NCBI GenBank assembly: GCA_963798915.1 | Contig: CAWCVB010000006.1 | Span: forward strand, 288,001 to 352,000 | Length of the DNA: 64,000 nt | From: an uncultured Gemmatimonadales bacterium | GTDB lineage: Bacteria; Gemmatimonadota; Gemmatimonadetes; Gemmatimonadales; GWC2-71-9 | Reading direction: 5' to 3' | Shown here: positions 9,876-19,313 of the stretch, one piece after another | Numbering within the stretch: the first letter of the stretch is position 1 | Layout: each line of letters starts with the position of its first letter | The notes under the pieces: generated by a model | The model's input: the letters and a program-made list of their open reading frames with translations, nothing else | What the model was told of the DNA's origin: nothing | Databases searched by the model: none | Translations under genes and position numbers: made by a program

Positions 9876-10474
9876 CCCACGGCGCTTCCGGCTGCCAGCC
9901 GCCGCAAGACCTGCTCGGATATTCCCTTGAGCGTCTCGAACACCCCGCTGCCGTGAAGTGCGTCCGCCGGATAGCTGAGCACGTCGCGAAAATTCAGGGC
10001 TTCGTCCAGCGCCTCGCGAGACAGCACGAGGTCGGCCGGCAGATCCTGCTTGTTGTATTGCAGCACGACCGGCAGCGCCCGGATGTCCACGCCCTGCTCC
10101 AGGAGATTCTCCTGAAGGTTCTGCAGGCTCTCGAGGTTCTCGTCGAAGCGCGCAGCCTGGCTGTCCGCGACGAAGACCACACCGTCCGAGCCCTGCAGCA
10201 CCAGCTTTCTGGTGGAGTTGTAATAGGTCTGGCCCGGCACCGTGTAGAGCTGGAACCGGGTGGTAAAACCGCTGATCGAGCCAAGATCGATCGGGAGAAA
10301 GTCGAAGAAGAGGGTGCGATCGCCGTGGGTGGCAAGCGACACCATGCGCCCCCGCCGCCCCTCAGGCACCCGACCGAAGACGTACTGCAGGTTGGTCGTC
10401 TTGCCGGACCGTCCCGGTCCGTAATAGACAATCTTGCAGGTGATTTCGCGGGTCGTAAAATTGACGAGCGACAT
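9872..10474 (-). CDS. mglA: Small Ras-like GTPase MglA
   Basis: [40 protein letters not shown]. Confidence 0.96.
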   Translation of the reverse strand: MSLVNFTTREITCKIVYYGPGRSGKTTNLQYVFGRVPEGRRGRMVSLATHGDRTLFFDFLPIDLGSISGFTTRFQLYTVPGQTYYNSTRKLVLQGSDGVVFVADSQAARFDENLESLQNLQENLLEQGVDIRALPVVLQYNKQDLPADLVLSREALDEALNFRDVLSYPADALHGSGVFETLKGISEQVLRRLAAGSAVG

Positions 10475-10476
10475 GA

Positions 10477-10938
10477 TCAGCGTCCGAACAGCGCGTGCAG
10501 GCTGGCGTTGAGGTCATGTTCAAAATTTTCCGCCAGCACCGGTCCCTGGGGCGTCTCACGGGGCGCGGCGGCGGCGAGTTCCCGACAAAGGCGGCCGAAG
10601 AAGAGCTGCACCAGCCCGACACTGGTGTCATCACCGAATACGACGAGCCCGATCCAGCGTCCGCGCGGAGTGTCGAAAGCGGAGATGAACAGTCCATGCT
10701 CGGTGCCCTGGTGCACCAGTGCGCCAAAACCCGGCTCGCCCATGAGCCGCGCCACTTCAGACGTGGAGGCGACAATGCCGGCTCCGAGGGCCGACGCCGC
10801 CATGACATCGAGCGAGCGCGAAAAACCGTGTTGTGCCACCACCTGGCCCGCGGAGGTCATGAGCAGCACCAGTCGGGCCGAGGACTCGGACAGAAATGCG
10901 TCGAGCGGCTCTGCAACCCAGGGTTCGAGCGTGCGCAT
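10477..10938 (-). CDS. mglB: Roadblock/LC7 protein, MglB-like (probable GAP)
   Basis: [50 protein letters not shown]; directly upstream of mglA; ATG 10938 overlaps the upstream TGA. Confidence 0.85.
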   Translation of the reverse strand: MRTLEPWVAEPLDAFLSESSARLVLLMTSAGQVVAQHGFSRSLDVMAASALGAGIVASTSEVARLMGEPGFGALVHQGTEHGLFISAFDTPRGRWIGLVVFGDDTSVGLVQLFFGRLCRELAAAAPRETPQGPVLAENFEHDLNASLHALFGR

Positions 10939-11285
10939 CAGCCGAGGCCTCGCGCTACCTCGAGCATCTCCAACCGCGCGAGGCCCAGGTTGGCATCGCG
11001 TGACGTCACCGCCACCACCAGGATCTCGGCGCCAGCCGGCACCGCCAGCACGGAGCCGAATTCGGCGCGAAGGTGCACCAGCTCCGGAGCCGGCATGCCG
11101 GCGGCCCGCGTGGCTCGGCCCAGCCGCCCGACGAGGCTCGACGCCAGTGCGGCGATGGCCTGGCCGTCTATGCCGTCCATGAGGGAGTCGGCGACGACCA
11201 GCCCGTCGGGCGCGGAGACGAGCATCGCGCCTCGCACGCCGCGGATCCCGCTCACTCGATCGAGGGTCGCGGTGAGGTCGTTCAC
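10938..11285 (-). CDS. Roadblock/LC7 domain protein
   Basis: GVRGAMLVSAPDGLVV, AIAALASSL, DANLGLARLEM; GTG start in a GTGA overlap with GGAG RBS. Confidence 0.88.
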   Translation of the reverse strand: MNDLTATLDRVSGIRGVRGAMLVSAPDGLVVADSLMDGIDGQAIAALASSLVGRLGRATRAAGMPAPELVHLRAEFGSVLAVPAGAEILVVAVTSRDANLGLARLEMLEVARGLG

Positions 11286-12142
11286 GGCAATCGCTCCAGC
11301 CATCGACGCGCGGCTGCGGCTGCCCGTTCGGCGATGACCGCGAGCCGTCCGGCGGGCACGCTGGCATCGCGCTTCAGCAGCAGGACAGTCGAGTCCGATG
11401 GGGCGCTGAGATGAAGATTGCCGCTCCCGCATTCGGCCACGACGCTCTGCCACGCCCCGAGGCCCAGCAGCCGGGCGGTGCGCGCCGCCTCACGCTGCAC
11501 CCCTGCCAGATGCGCGGCCACCGCATCGCTCACGTCATGATTGGCGACGTCCCGAAGCCCGCCGCCCAGCCGCAGACCGCTCTGGTCCAGCAGGAGCAGT
11601 CCGTCCTGTGCACCGTCGAAGCCCTTGAAGAGCTCGTCCTCCGCGACGTGGCCGGCCGTCGGGGAATCGTCCTCCTCCAGTGAGAAGGGCACCGACGCCT
11701 GTTGGGTGGCCACCGTCGGCGTGCTGGCACCCGCCTCTTTCTGCGCCATGGCATCGCGCACCCGCTCGATGGCGCGGTCGAGTCCGGCCGACCCATGCTG
11801 CTCATGCGCCAGCTCCAGGTGCCGCAGCGCCCTCGGCAGATCATCGGCCCGGAAATACAGGAAGCCGAGTCCCTTGTGGGCGCCGAGATGCCCGGGATCG
11901 CTCTGCAAGGCATCCATCCATGCGTCGAACGCCGCTTCGCCATTGCCCAGATCGCTGTGGATGCGCGCAAGCAGGTCGTGCGCATCGGCCAGTGCTGGAT
12001 AGCGCTGGACACCCGCCACGGCCACCTTGAGCGCTGCAGCCGCCTGGCCGCGACGCCGGAGAGCCTCGCCCAATTCGAGGAAGATCAGGCTGCCGGGATC
12101 GGACGCCAGTTCGGCAGTCATGGCCCGCACTTCGTCAGCCAT
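11282..12142 (-). CDS. TPR plus Roadblock/LC7 fusion protein
   Basis: N-terminal TPRs (DPGSLIFLELGEALRRRGQ); C-terminal LLLLDQSGLRLGG...VAAHLAGV...VPAGRL. Confidence 0.82.
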   Translation of the reverse strand: MADEVRAMTAELASDPGSLIFLELGEALRRRGQAAAALKVAVAGVQRYPALADAHDLLARIHSDLGNGEAAFDAWMDALQSDPGHLGAHKGLGFLYFRADDLPRALRHLELAHEQHGSAGLDRAIERVRDAMAQKEAGASTPTVATQQASVPFSLEEDDSPTAGHVAEDELFKGFDGAQDGLLLLDQSGLRLGGGLRDVANHDVSDAVAAHLAGVQREAARTARLLGLGAWQSVVAECGSGNLHLSAPSDSTVLLLKRDASVPAGRLAVIAERAAAAARRWLERLP

Positions 12143-13289
12143 GTACCATCCTCGTCGCCTGGCTCAGCAGCCTGGCAGCCTCGCGCATCCTGTTCACCCA
12201 GCCCCCTTGCGCATCTTCATCGGGTGGACGCGCCGGCAGCCTGCTCCATGCGTCCCACGTCTCAATCGCCTCCTCGAAACGGCCATCTCCCGCCAAGGCC
12301 ACACCCAGCAGCCGTCTCGCGGCGGCGTCGGCCGGATCCAGGTCGGCCGCCTGGCGAAAAATGTCCACCGCATCCATGGGCCGCCCGAGTGCCAGCAGGG
12401 CCCGCCCGTGCATCACCAACGTTGCCACCTGCACGCCAGGGGAAGCCTGCCTGGCCTCTTCCACCGCCGCGAGCGCGGCTCGGGCATTGCCGGCGATCAG
12501 ATAGGCGTCGGCTCGCGCCAGCAGTTCGGCGATCTCGCCGCCGACCGCGTCCGGCACCTTTCCCTGTTGCGGATCCTGAAGCAGGATGACTCCTGCCGTG
12601 GCAAGGCCAAACAACGTCCGGGCCACGTCGAAGTCGGACCGGCGAACGGCAGCTGCGAGGTCGCGCACGTTCCGGGTTCCATCCACCGCCGCGAGTACTT
12701 CCCATTCCGCCGGATGGAGATCCATCGGTCCAGCATCGCCTCCCTCAGGCACGACGAGAGAGGGCACCACGTCGAGATGCGGGATCCTGGATTCGATCCG
12801 GCTCCACTCGTCGATGCGGCGTGCGGCTTCCATGAGCAGCGCTTCCGTCGGGATGCGCACCGTCGCCTGCGCCGGCACCGCCTCAAGCGGTGCTTCTGAG
12901 AATGAGAAATACCCCTCGGACCAGCCCATCAGCTCAAAAATGACTTCTTCGACCTGCACCCGCATCTGCCGCTCCAACTCGCGACGCGTGATGGCACCGA
13001 TCTCGACCAGCACGTCTCCGAGGCGCCGTTCATCCCCTGCCTGCTGCATGTCACGTGCGCGATGCAGGTCGGCTTCGGCCAGCTTCCCCATCCGGACCAG
13101 CACCCGTCCCAAGGGGTGGGGATTGCTCTGAATCTCCGCCGCAACGACAGCACCCTTGTCGAAGTAGACCGTCCCGCCATTCTGGCGAAGCTCGGATGTG
13201 ACGCGCAGCATGCCGGTCTTGCGGGCCAGGTCAAGCAGCTGGAACACATCGTGGATCCCGAGCTCGCGCAGCGGGCCTTCAATTGGCAT
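12135..13289 (-). CDS. Second DUF4388 protein with degenerate MshEN-like motif and TPRs
   Basis: MPIEGPLRELGIHDVFQLL...VYFDKGAVVAA; EALLMEAARRIDEW; C-terminal TPRs. Confidence 0.9.
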   Translation of the reverse strand: MPIEGPLRELGIHDVFQLLDLARKTGMLRVTSELRQNGGTVYFDKGAVVAAEIQSNPHPLGRVLVRMGKLAEADLHRARDMQQAGDERRLGDVLVEIGAITRRELERQMRVQVEEVIFELMGWSEGYFSFSEAPLEAVPAQATVRIPTEALLMEAARRIDEWSRIESRIPHLDVVPSLVVPEGGDAGPMDLHPAEWEVLAAVDGTRNVRDLAAAVRRSDFDVARTLFGLATAGVILLQDPQQGKVPDAVGGEIAELLARADAYLIAGNARAALAAVEEARQASPGVQVATLVMHGRALLALGRPMDAVDIFRQAADLDPADAAARRLLGVALAGDGRFEEAIETWDAWSRLPARPPDEDAQGGWVNRMREAARLLSQATRMVHG

Positions 13290-15975
13290 GGTCAGCGCCT
13301 CCCGCGGTCAGGATATGCTGGAGGTCACGGGCGGATCGCGCCCGGCTCCGCGCAATCGTGGCCAGCTCGGTGGAGGGCCCGAGCTGCACCACGCGCTCCC
13401 ACGCATCCACCGCAGCCGTGAACTGTCGTTCCCGCGCCAACGCGACGCCGCGATAGAAGAGCGCCTCCGTTTGCTCGGGCAGGAAACGAAGGATGCGGGC
13501 AAACGCCTCCAGCCCTTGAGCCGTCCGGCCATCATCGAGGAGGGCCCGCCCCAGCAGCAGCAATGCGTCAAATTCGTAGGGGTCCGCCGAGAGCATGTCG
13601 ACCAGCAGGGCCACGGCGGCCCTGGGCGATTCGGTGCGCCGCGCGAGGTCGGCCCGCCCCAGGGCCGCAACGGTGAACGTTGGCAGCAGATCCAATGCGC
13701 GGCCATAGGCGGCGTTCGCTGCCGTCCAGTTCTCGCGCTGCTCTTCCAAACGGGCCAGCTCCAGCCATACCTGCACCAGTCCCGCATCGACACGGAGGGC
13801 TAACCGGCATGCGTCGAGCGCAGCATCCACGTCACCCAGCTGAGAGCAGATGACAGCCTGCAGCTGGTAGAGTTCCGGTTGACCAGGCGAGACCGCCAGC
13901 GCACTGCGAACGGCCTGCAACGCGCCCTCGAGGTCGTCGCCCGCGAGCCGGGCCTTGCCGAGGGCCGTGAGCACTTCCCCGTCGTCGGCTCGGGCACGCG
14001 CGAGCGACTCCGCAACCGGAATCGCCTCTGCGCCGCGTCCGAGCGCCACCAGCGCACGGACCTCACCCAGCGTTGCGCGCCAATCGTCCAGCCGGACCGA
14101 GCGTGCCTGGCGAAACTGCTCCAGTGCTTCGCCGTGGAGGCCCCGGCGCGCATGGATTTCACCCAGCAAGGCGGCCACGGCGCCGGCGTCGGCGCCTCGA
14201 GCGCGGGCGCGGCCCACCTCGGCATTGGCCAACTCGAGCAATCCCTTGGTCGCGTAGTCCCGCGCCAAGGCAAGTGGATCCTCCTCGGCCGCCAGCTCGG
14301 GTTCGTACGGGACGGTGGTCGTCAATTCGGCGAACAGGTTATCCAGGGTGCCCGACTCGAAATCGAACTCGCCCGCGAGCAATTCCCCACCCACATCGCT
14401 GGTGAGTGGGGGCGCAATGGCAATCGTCGGGTCTTCGTACTGGAGGTCGAGCGCCAGCGTGTACTTCTGGGGGACATAGAACGGCTCCAGCTCGAGCGCG
14501 CGCTTGGTCTCGCGCAGCGCACCGTCGAAATCCCCAAGCTGGCTCATCGTAAAGCTCAGGTTGTAGTGCGCTGACGCCAGCGAATCCTCAGCTTCCACCG
14601 CACGTTGAAACGCCGTGCGGGCTTCGCCATACCGCTTCAGTTCCATCAGGACCAGTCCGACGCCATTCCATGCGATGGCGTTGCGCGGCTCCTCGGCCAG
14701 GGCCGAGCGATAACCTTCCAAGGCGGGCTGCAACTCATGCCGCTGGAAGTGGAGCAATGCCAGATTGAGCCGCACCGTAATGGGAACGTGCGGGCCCCGT
14801 GCGGCGCGCCGGAAGGTTGCGAGCGTCGCCTCCGCGGCCGGATCCTGAGCACGCAGCACGCCGAGATTGTTCCACGCGATCACATAGTCGGGATCGAGGT
14901 CGACGGCACGAAGATACGAAGCCTCAGCGACGTCGCGGTGGCCCAGCTGCTGCAGGCAGACGCCACGCTCGGACCACAGCTTGGGTGACTCGGGAAACTC
15001 GTTCACGAGCTGGTCGTAGAGCTGCAGCGCCGCTGCGAGTTCTCGCCGAAGCAGCTCCACCTCGGCCATGGCCTGCAAGGCGAGGCGCCGATCCTCGCCG
15101 GCATCCAGCGCCAGCCGGTACTCGCGCAGGGCCTCGCTGAAATAGCCCTTCTGGCGAAAGGCCAGGCCGAGATTGAAGTGCGCCAGCGCGGCGTCGGTCA
15201 CCGGTTGCGGCACCGCGCGCGCCTGGCCGCCCGCGCCGTTTCCGCTCGCCCCGTTGCGCTGCAACATGAGGTTGGTCTGCGCGCGCGCCAGCGCCGGATT
15301 CAATTCAATGGCCCGCTTGGCCGCCTGCCGCGCCAGGCCATGCTGGCCCATGTCGCCGTGGACGAAGGCGAGCAGGTAGTGCGCGTCAGCATACTCCGGA
15401 TTCCGGGCCACGGCGCCCTGGAGGGCAGCCAGGGCCGGCTCGTTCAATCCGCGGTTGTAAAGCGTCTCGCCGTAATAGAACAGGGCCACCGAACTGTCGG
15501 GATCGCGGCGACACGCCTCGGCGAACCATTCGGTGGCCTCCTCGACCCGACCCCGCGCCCGCTCGCTGAGCCCCAGTTGCACCAGCACGGCCACATCGTG
15601 CGGGTGCCGCGCGAGCAGCGCCTGAAACTCGTCGGCAGCAGCATCATGCTGGCCCAGCGAGGCGTAGGCGCGGCCGAGCTCCCAGCGCGCGTCTCGCTCG
15701 TCTGGATTGTTCCGGAGGCGACCCTGCAGTTCGGCGACCCGATGGTCGTAATGGCCACTGTCGCGATAGGCAATTTCGAGATTGGTCTGCGCGATGGTCA
15801 TGCGCGAGTCCAGCTCGAGCGCCCGCTGGAAGGCCGCCACCGCTTCGGGAATCAGTCCTTTGTGGTAGTAGAGCACGCCGAGGTTGTTGTGCGCCCCGGC
15901 ATCGGCGGGATCGATGCGCCGCGCGAACGACCGCAGTGCCGACAGGTCGTGTTCGGACAGTACGGGCGCAGGCAT
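13279..15975 (-). CDS. Large cytoplasmic TPR protein (898 aa)
   Basis: Many TPR consensus repeats (AHNNLGVLY, AWNNLGVL, AWNGVGLVL, AHYNLS); no signal peptide. Confidence 0.92.
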   Translation of the reverse strand: MPAPVLSEHDLSALRSFARRIDPADAGAHNNLGVLYYHKGLIPEAVAAFQRALELDSRMTIAQTNLEIAYRDSGHYDHRVAELQGRLRNNPDERDARWELGRAYASLGQHDAAADEFQALLARHPHDVAVLVQLGLSERARGRVEEATEWFAEACRRDPDSSVALFYYGETLYNRGLNEPALAALQGAVARNPEYADAHYLLAFVHGDMGQHGLARQAAKRAIELNPALARAQTNLMLQRNGASGNGAGGQARAVPQPVTDAALAHFNLGLAFRQKGYFSEALREYRLALDAGEDRRLALQAMAEVELLRRELAAALQLYDQLVNEFPESPKLWSERGVCLQQLGHRDVAEASYLRAVDLDPDYVIAWNNLGVLRAQDPAAEATLATFRRAARGPHVPITVRLNLALLHFQRHELQPALEGYRSALAEEPRNAIAWNGVGLVLMELKRYGEARTAFQRAVEAEDSLASAHYNLSFTMSQLGDFDGALRETKRALELEPFYVPQKYTLALDLQYEDPTIAIAPPLTSDVGGELLAGEFDFESGTLDNLFAELTTTVPYEPELAAEEDPLALARDYATKGLLELANAEVGRARARGADAGAVAALLGEIHARRGLHGEALEQFRQARSVRLDDWRATLGEVRALVALGRGAEAIPVAESLARARADDGEVLTALGKARLAGDDLEGALQAVRSALAVSPGQPELYQLQAVICSQLGDVDAALDACRLALRVDAGLVQVWLELARLEEQRENWTAANAAYGRALDLLPTFTVAALGRADLARRTESPRAAVALLVDMLSADPYEFDALLLLGRALLDDGRTAQGLEAFARILRFLPEQTEALFYRGVALARERQFTAAVDAWERVVQLGPSTELATIARSRARSARDLQHILTAGGADHAN

Positions 15976-15984
15976 CTCGACGTC

Positions 15985-16605
15985 CTACGGCAGGCGGATA
16001 GCGTCGAAAATGGCGCGGAGCGAAGGCATGTCCGGCAGGAGGAGGAAGTGCCCGTTGAGGCGCTCGCGCTCCTTCCCGACCTGGAAGGAGGTTTCGACGC
16101 AGAAGACGAACTCGCGTTCCTGGCCAAAATTCAGATAGGTGCTGGTGATGACCGCGGCGCTCTGGTCCACCACCAGGCCCGGCACCGACGGGACCAGCAT
16201 CATGCCCATGAAGTCACTCAGCGCATTCAGGTAGGCGCTGACCAGGATGTTGCCAACCTCCTTGAGGCCGCTCTGCTCCATTTCATGGAATTTGGTGGTG
16301 GCGCCTTCCGCACGGTTGAACAGGATGTCACACAAGCGGCGCGCGGCGTCGTCCGGAAACAGGATGAGCGTCCGGCCCGTGAGGTCACCCATCATCTGCA
16401 TCAGCACGGCGGCCACCACGGCATCGGGAGCGCCGAGCAGGTCGGCCACCTCCTCGAGGGGCCGAACGTTGACCTCCGGTACGCTGATCATGATCGTGCG
16501 GTTGGTCATCTGCGAGAGCGCCGTCGCGGCGTGACCCGCCCCGATGTTGGCAACCTCGCGCAGCGCATCCAGCTGCAGATCCTTGAGCCCGCGGGCGTCT
16601 TCCAT
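15985..16605 (-). CDS. cheC: CheY-P phosphatase CheC
   Basis: Two ExxN sites: DALREVANIGAGHAATALS and SGLKEVGNIL. Confidence 0.95.
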   Translation of the reverse strand: MEDARGLKDLQLDALREVANIGAGHAATALSQMTNRTIMISVPEVNVRPLEEVADLLGAPDAVVAAVLMQMMGDLTGRTLILFPDDAARRLCDILFNRAEGATTKFHEMEQSGLKEVGNILVSAYLNALSDFMGMMLVPSVPGLVVDQSAAVITSTYLNFGQEREFVFCVETSFQVGKERERLNGHFLLLPDMPSLRAIFDAIRLP

Positions 16606-16617
16606 GCGGTCCTCGAG

Positions 16618-18459
16618 TCAGACGATCGCAGCGGCGTCGAGAATCAGCGCCGGCGACCCATCTGCCAGAATGGTGGCCCCTCCGAAGAACGTCGGCATCC
16701 CGCGGGGTGCCTCGAAGGGTTCGACAACGATGTCCTGCTGGCCCAGCAGGCGGTCCACGATCAAGGCGGCCCGCCGGTCCCCGACTTCGAGGATGATGCC
16801 CGGCCGCCGTCCGGGCGCCTCACCGCCGACGCGCACCAGCTCGCGGAGATGCACGGTCGGGATGGCGCGGTCGCGCACCACCAGTGCCTGGCGATCGCGC
16901 ACTGCGGTGACGCTCTTCAGGTCGAAATCAACCGTCTCGGCCACATAGGCGATCGGCACCGCATAGCGCTCGTCGCCGACACCGGCGAGCAGCGCACGGA
17001 CAATGGCGAGCGTCAGCGGAACGCGGAGCGCGAAAGTGACACCCGCCCCCTCGCGGGCGCTCACCGAGAGAGTACCACCCAAGGAACGCGCCCGCGTTGC
17101 GGCCACATCCACGCCGACGCCGCGACCTGAGACTCCGCTCACGGCGCCGGCCGTGCTGAACCCAGGCCGGGCAAGCACGCGCAGCAGCAGGTCGTCACTG
17201 AGTTCCTGGACCGCGGAGTCGATCACGCCGTCACGCTTGCCGCGCTGCAACATGGCATCCCGCTCGATGCCCCGGCCATCGTCCATCACCCGGATCACCA
17301 CCGTATTCCGCTCCCGGGCGGCGCTCACCACCACCCGGCCCTCGGCCGGCTTGCCCCGTGCCACTCGTTCGGCCGGCGACTCGAGACCATGGTCCACCGC
17401 ATTCCGGATCAGGTGCAGCAGCGGATCGCCGATTTCGTCGAGCACCGCACGATCCAGCTCTATGCCGCCGCCCTCGCTCTCGAAGCGCGCCTGCTTGCCG
17501 AGATCGCGCGCCAGGTCCCGGACCACCCGGGGAAATCGATCGAAGACCTCGGAGACCGGGCTCATGCGCGCCTGCAACACCTCGGCCTGCAGCTCACCCA
17601 CGAGCCGCGAGACCCGGTCGGCGACTGCCGCCAGTGGCATGTCGTCGCGCCCGGCAGCCAGATCGGCCAGGCGATTGCGGGCCACGACAAGCTCGCCGAC
17701 CTGCTTCATGAGCGCATCGAGGCGGCCGAGGTCGATCCGGATCTGGCGAGGCACCGCCGCCGCTCCAGCCGAGCCGTCGGCCAAACCGTTGCCGACCCGC
17801 ACCTCACTGATATCACCCGCACTCCGGATAGCGGCCTCGACCACGCTCAGATCGGCTCCGCCCCCAATCCGGAACGAGAAGTGGCCGTCGAAGTCGTCCC
17901 GCTCAAAGGCGGCAATACCGGGCCGGATGTCCGACACCGCACCCAGTGCCTCGGCCCGCCGCAGCGCCAGCATCGCCCGCCCACCGCGCAGCGGTGCATC
18001 AGGTCGGACGGCAACGAATACGCGTTGCGAAACAGGCTCCGTCGAGGCGCGCTCGGCAGGGGCGACCTCGCGCCACGCCGCCTGCGCCGCTCGATCCAGG
18101 GCGGCGGCGAGCTCGGCGTCATCGGCGCCGCTGCTCTCGCCACCGGCGCCAGCGCGGCCGACCGCCGCGGTAATGCCATCAACGGCCCCGAACAGAAGCT
18201 GAATGAGGGCCGGTGTAACCGCCACTCGGCCACCGCGGACGGCGTCCAACAGGTTCTCGGTGCGATGGGCCAGTCCTGACACACCCTCGTACCCCATGGT
18301 CGCCGCCATGCCCTTGATCGTGTGGATGGCGCGAAAAAGGCCAGCCACGGGTTCCACGGCTGCCGGATCGCGCTCCCATTCAAGCAGGTACTGATTGCAG
18401 GAGGTGAGATGCTCGCGACTCTCGGCAAGGAAGAGTGCCGCGTACTTGGACAGGTCCAT
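16618..18459 (-). CDS. cheA: Chemotaxis histidine kinase CheA
   Basis: HPt FRAIHTIKGMA, P2 domain, HLIRNAVDHG, DDGRGI, PGFSTA, SGRGVG, C-terminal CheW-like P5; start MDLSKY. Confidence 0.97.
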   Translation of the reverse strand: MDLSKYAALFLAESREHLTSCNQYLLEWERDPAAVEPVAGLFRAIHTIKGMAATMGYEGVSGLAHRTENLLDAVRGGRVAVTPALIQLLFGAVDGITAAVGRAGAGGESSGADDAELAAALDRAAQAAWREVAPAERASTEPVSQRVFVAVRPDAPLRGGRAMLALRRAEALGAVSDIRPGIAAFERDDFDGHFSFRIGGGADLSVVEAAIRSAGDISEVRVGNGLADGSAGAAAVPRQIRIDLGRLDALMKQVGELVVARNRLADLAAGRDDMPLAAVADRVSRLVGELQAEVLQARMSPVSEVFDRFPRVVRDLARDLGKQARFESEGGGIELDRAVLDEIGDPLLHLIRNAVDHGLESPAERVARGKPAEGRVVVSAARERNTVVIRVMDDGRGIERDAMLQRGKRDGVIDSAVQELSDDLLLRVLARPGFSTAGAVSGVSGRGVGVDVAATRARSLGGTLSVSAREGAGVTFALRVPLTLAIVRALLAGVGDERYAVPIAYVAETVDFDLKSVTAVRDRQALVVRDRAIPTVHLRELVRVGGEAPGRRPGIILEVGDRRAALIVDRLLGQQDIVVEPFEAPRGMPTFFGGATILADGSPALILDAAAIV

Positions 18460-18463
18460 GGCG

Positions 18464-18826
18464 TCAGCCGAGGACGCGCTGTACGGCCTCGAGGACGCGG
18501 GACGGTTGAAATGGCTTGACCACAAAATCCTTGGCGCCGGCCTGGATCGCCTCCACCACGAGCGCCTGCTGCCCCATGGCGCTGCACATCAGGATCTTGG
18601 CGTCGGGGTCAACCTTGCAGATGGCCCGCACCGCGTCAATTCCACCCATGTCCGGCATGACGATATCCATCGTGACCAGGTCCGGCTTGAGCTGATGGTA
18701 CTTGTCCACCGCCTGCACGCCGCTCTCGGCTTCGCCGACAACCTCGAAGCCCGCCTGGGTCAGGATGTCGCTGATCATGGTACGCATGAAGATGGCATCA
18801 TCGCAGACCAGCACAGTATGACCCAC
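18464..18826 (-). CDS. cheY: Response regulator CheY
   Basis: Single receiver: CDDAIFMR, MDIVMP, MCSAMG, VKPF; GGAGG RBS. Confidence 0.96.
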   Translation of the reverse strand: MGHTVLVCDDAIFMRTMISDILTQAGFEVVGEAESGVQAVDKYHQLKPDLVTMDIVMPDMGGIDAVRAICKVDPDAKILMCSAMGQQALVVEAIQAGAKDFVVKPFQPSRVLEAVQRVLG

Positions 18827-18857
18827 GCACCACCTCCGTAACGGTCAGATATCTGCG

Positions 18858-19313
18858 TCAGCTCGACGCCACGCGCTCGGATGACAGGACCGGACCGCAC
18901 AGCGCGTCCAGATCAAGAATGACGAAGTGCTCGCCTTCATGCCGCGCGACGGCCCGGACCATCACTGGATCGACGCCTGGCAACTGTTCTCGTGCGGCGA
19001 CTGACGACTCCGGGAGGGAAAAGAAGTCTCGCACCTCACCAACCTCGAGCCCGATCAGTCGCCCCACGACCTGCACGACCAGGATGGCGCCCTCGTCGCC
19101 CTCGCCACGGGGCTGCTGCAGCAACCGGTGCGCGTCCAGCACGGTCAGCAGGCCTCCCCGTACATTGACGAGGCCCGAAACCGCTGATGCCACCCCCGGG
19201 ATCCTCGTTGCCTGAAGGCTCGGGAGGATCTCCCGCACAATCCCTGCCGAGGCCCCGCAAATCAGGGTCCCGACTCGAAACACGACGGCGTGCAATACCG
19301 GAGAGTCAGGCAT
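18858..19313 (-). CDS. cheW: CheW
   Basis: TRIPGVASAVSGLVNVRGGLLTVLD; start MPDSPV overlaps the rluD stop. Confidence 0.92.
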   Translation of the reverse strand: MPDSPVLHAVVFRVGTLICGASAGIVREILPSLQATRIPGVASAVSGLVNVRGGLLTVLDAHRLLQQPRGEGDEGAILVVQVVGRLIGLEVGEVRDFFSLPESSVAAREQLPGVDPVMVRAVARHEGEHFVILDLDALCGPVLSSERVASS

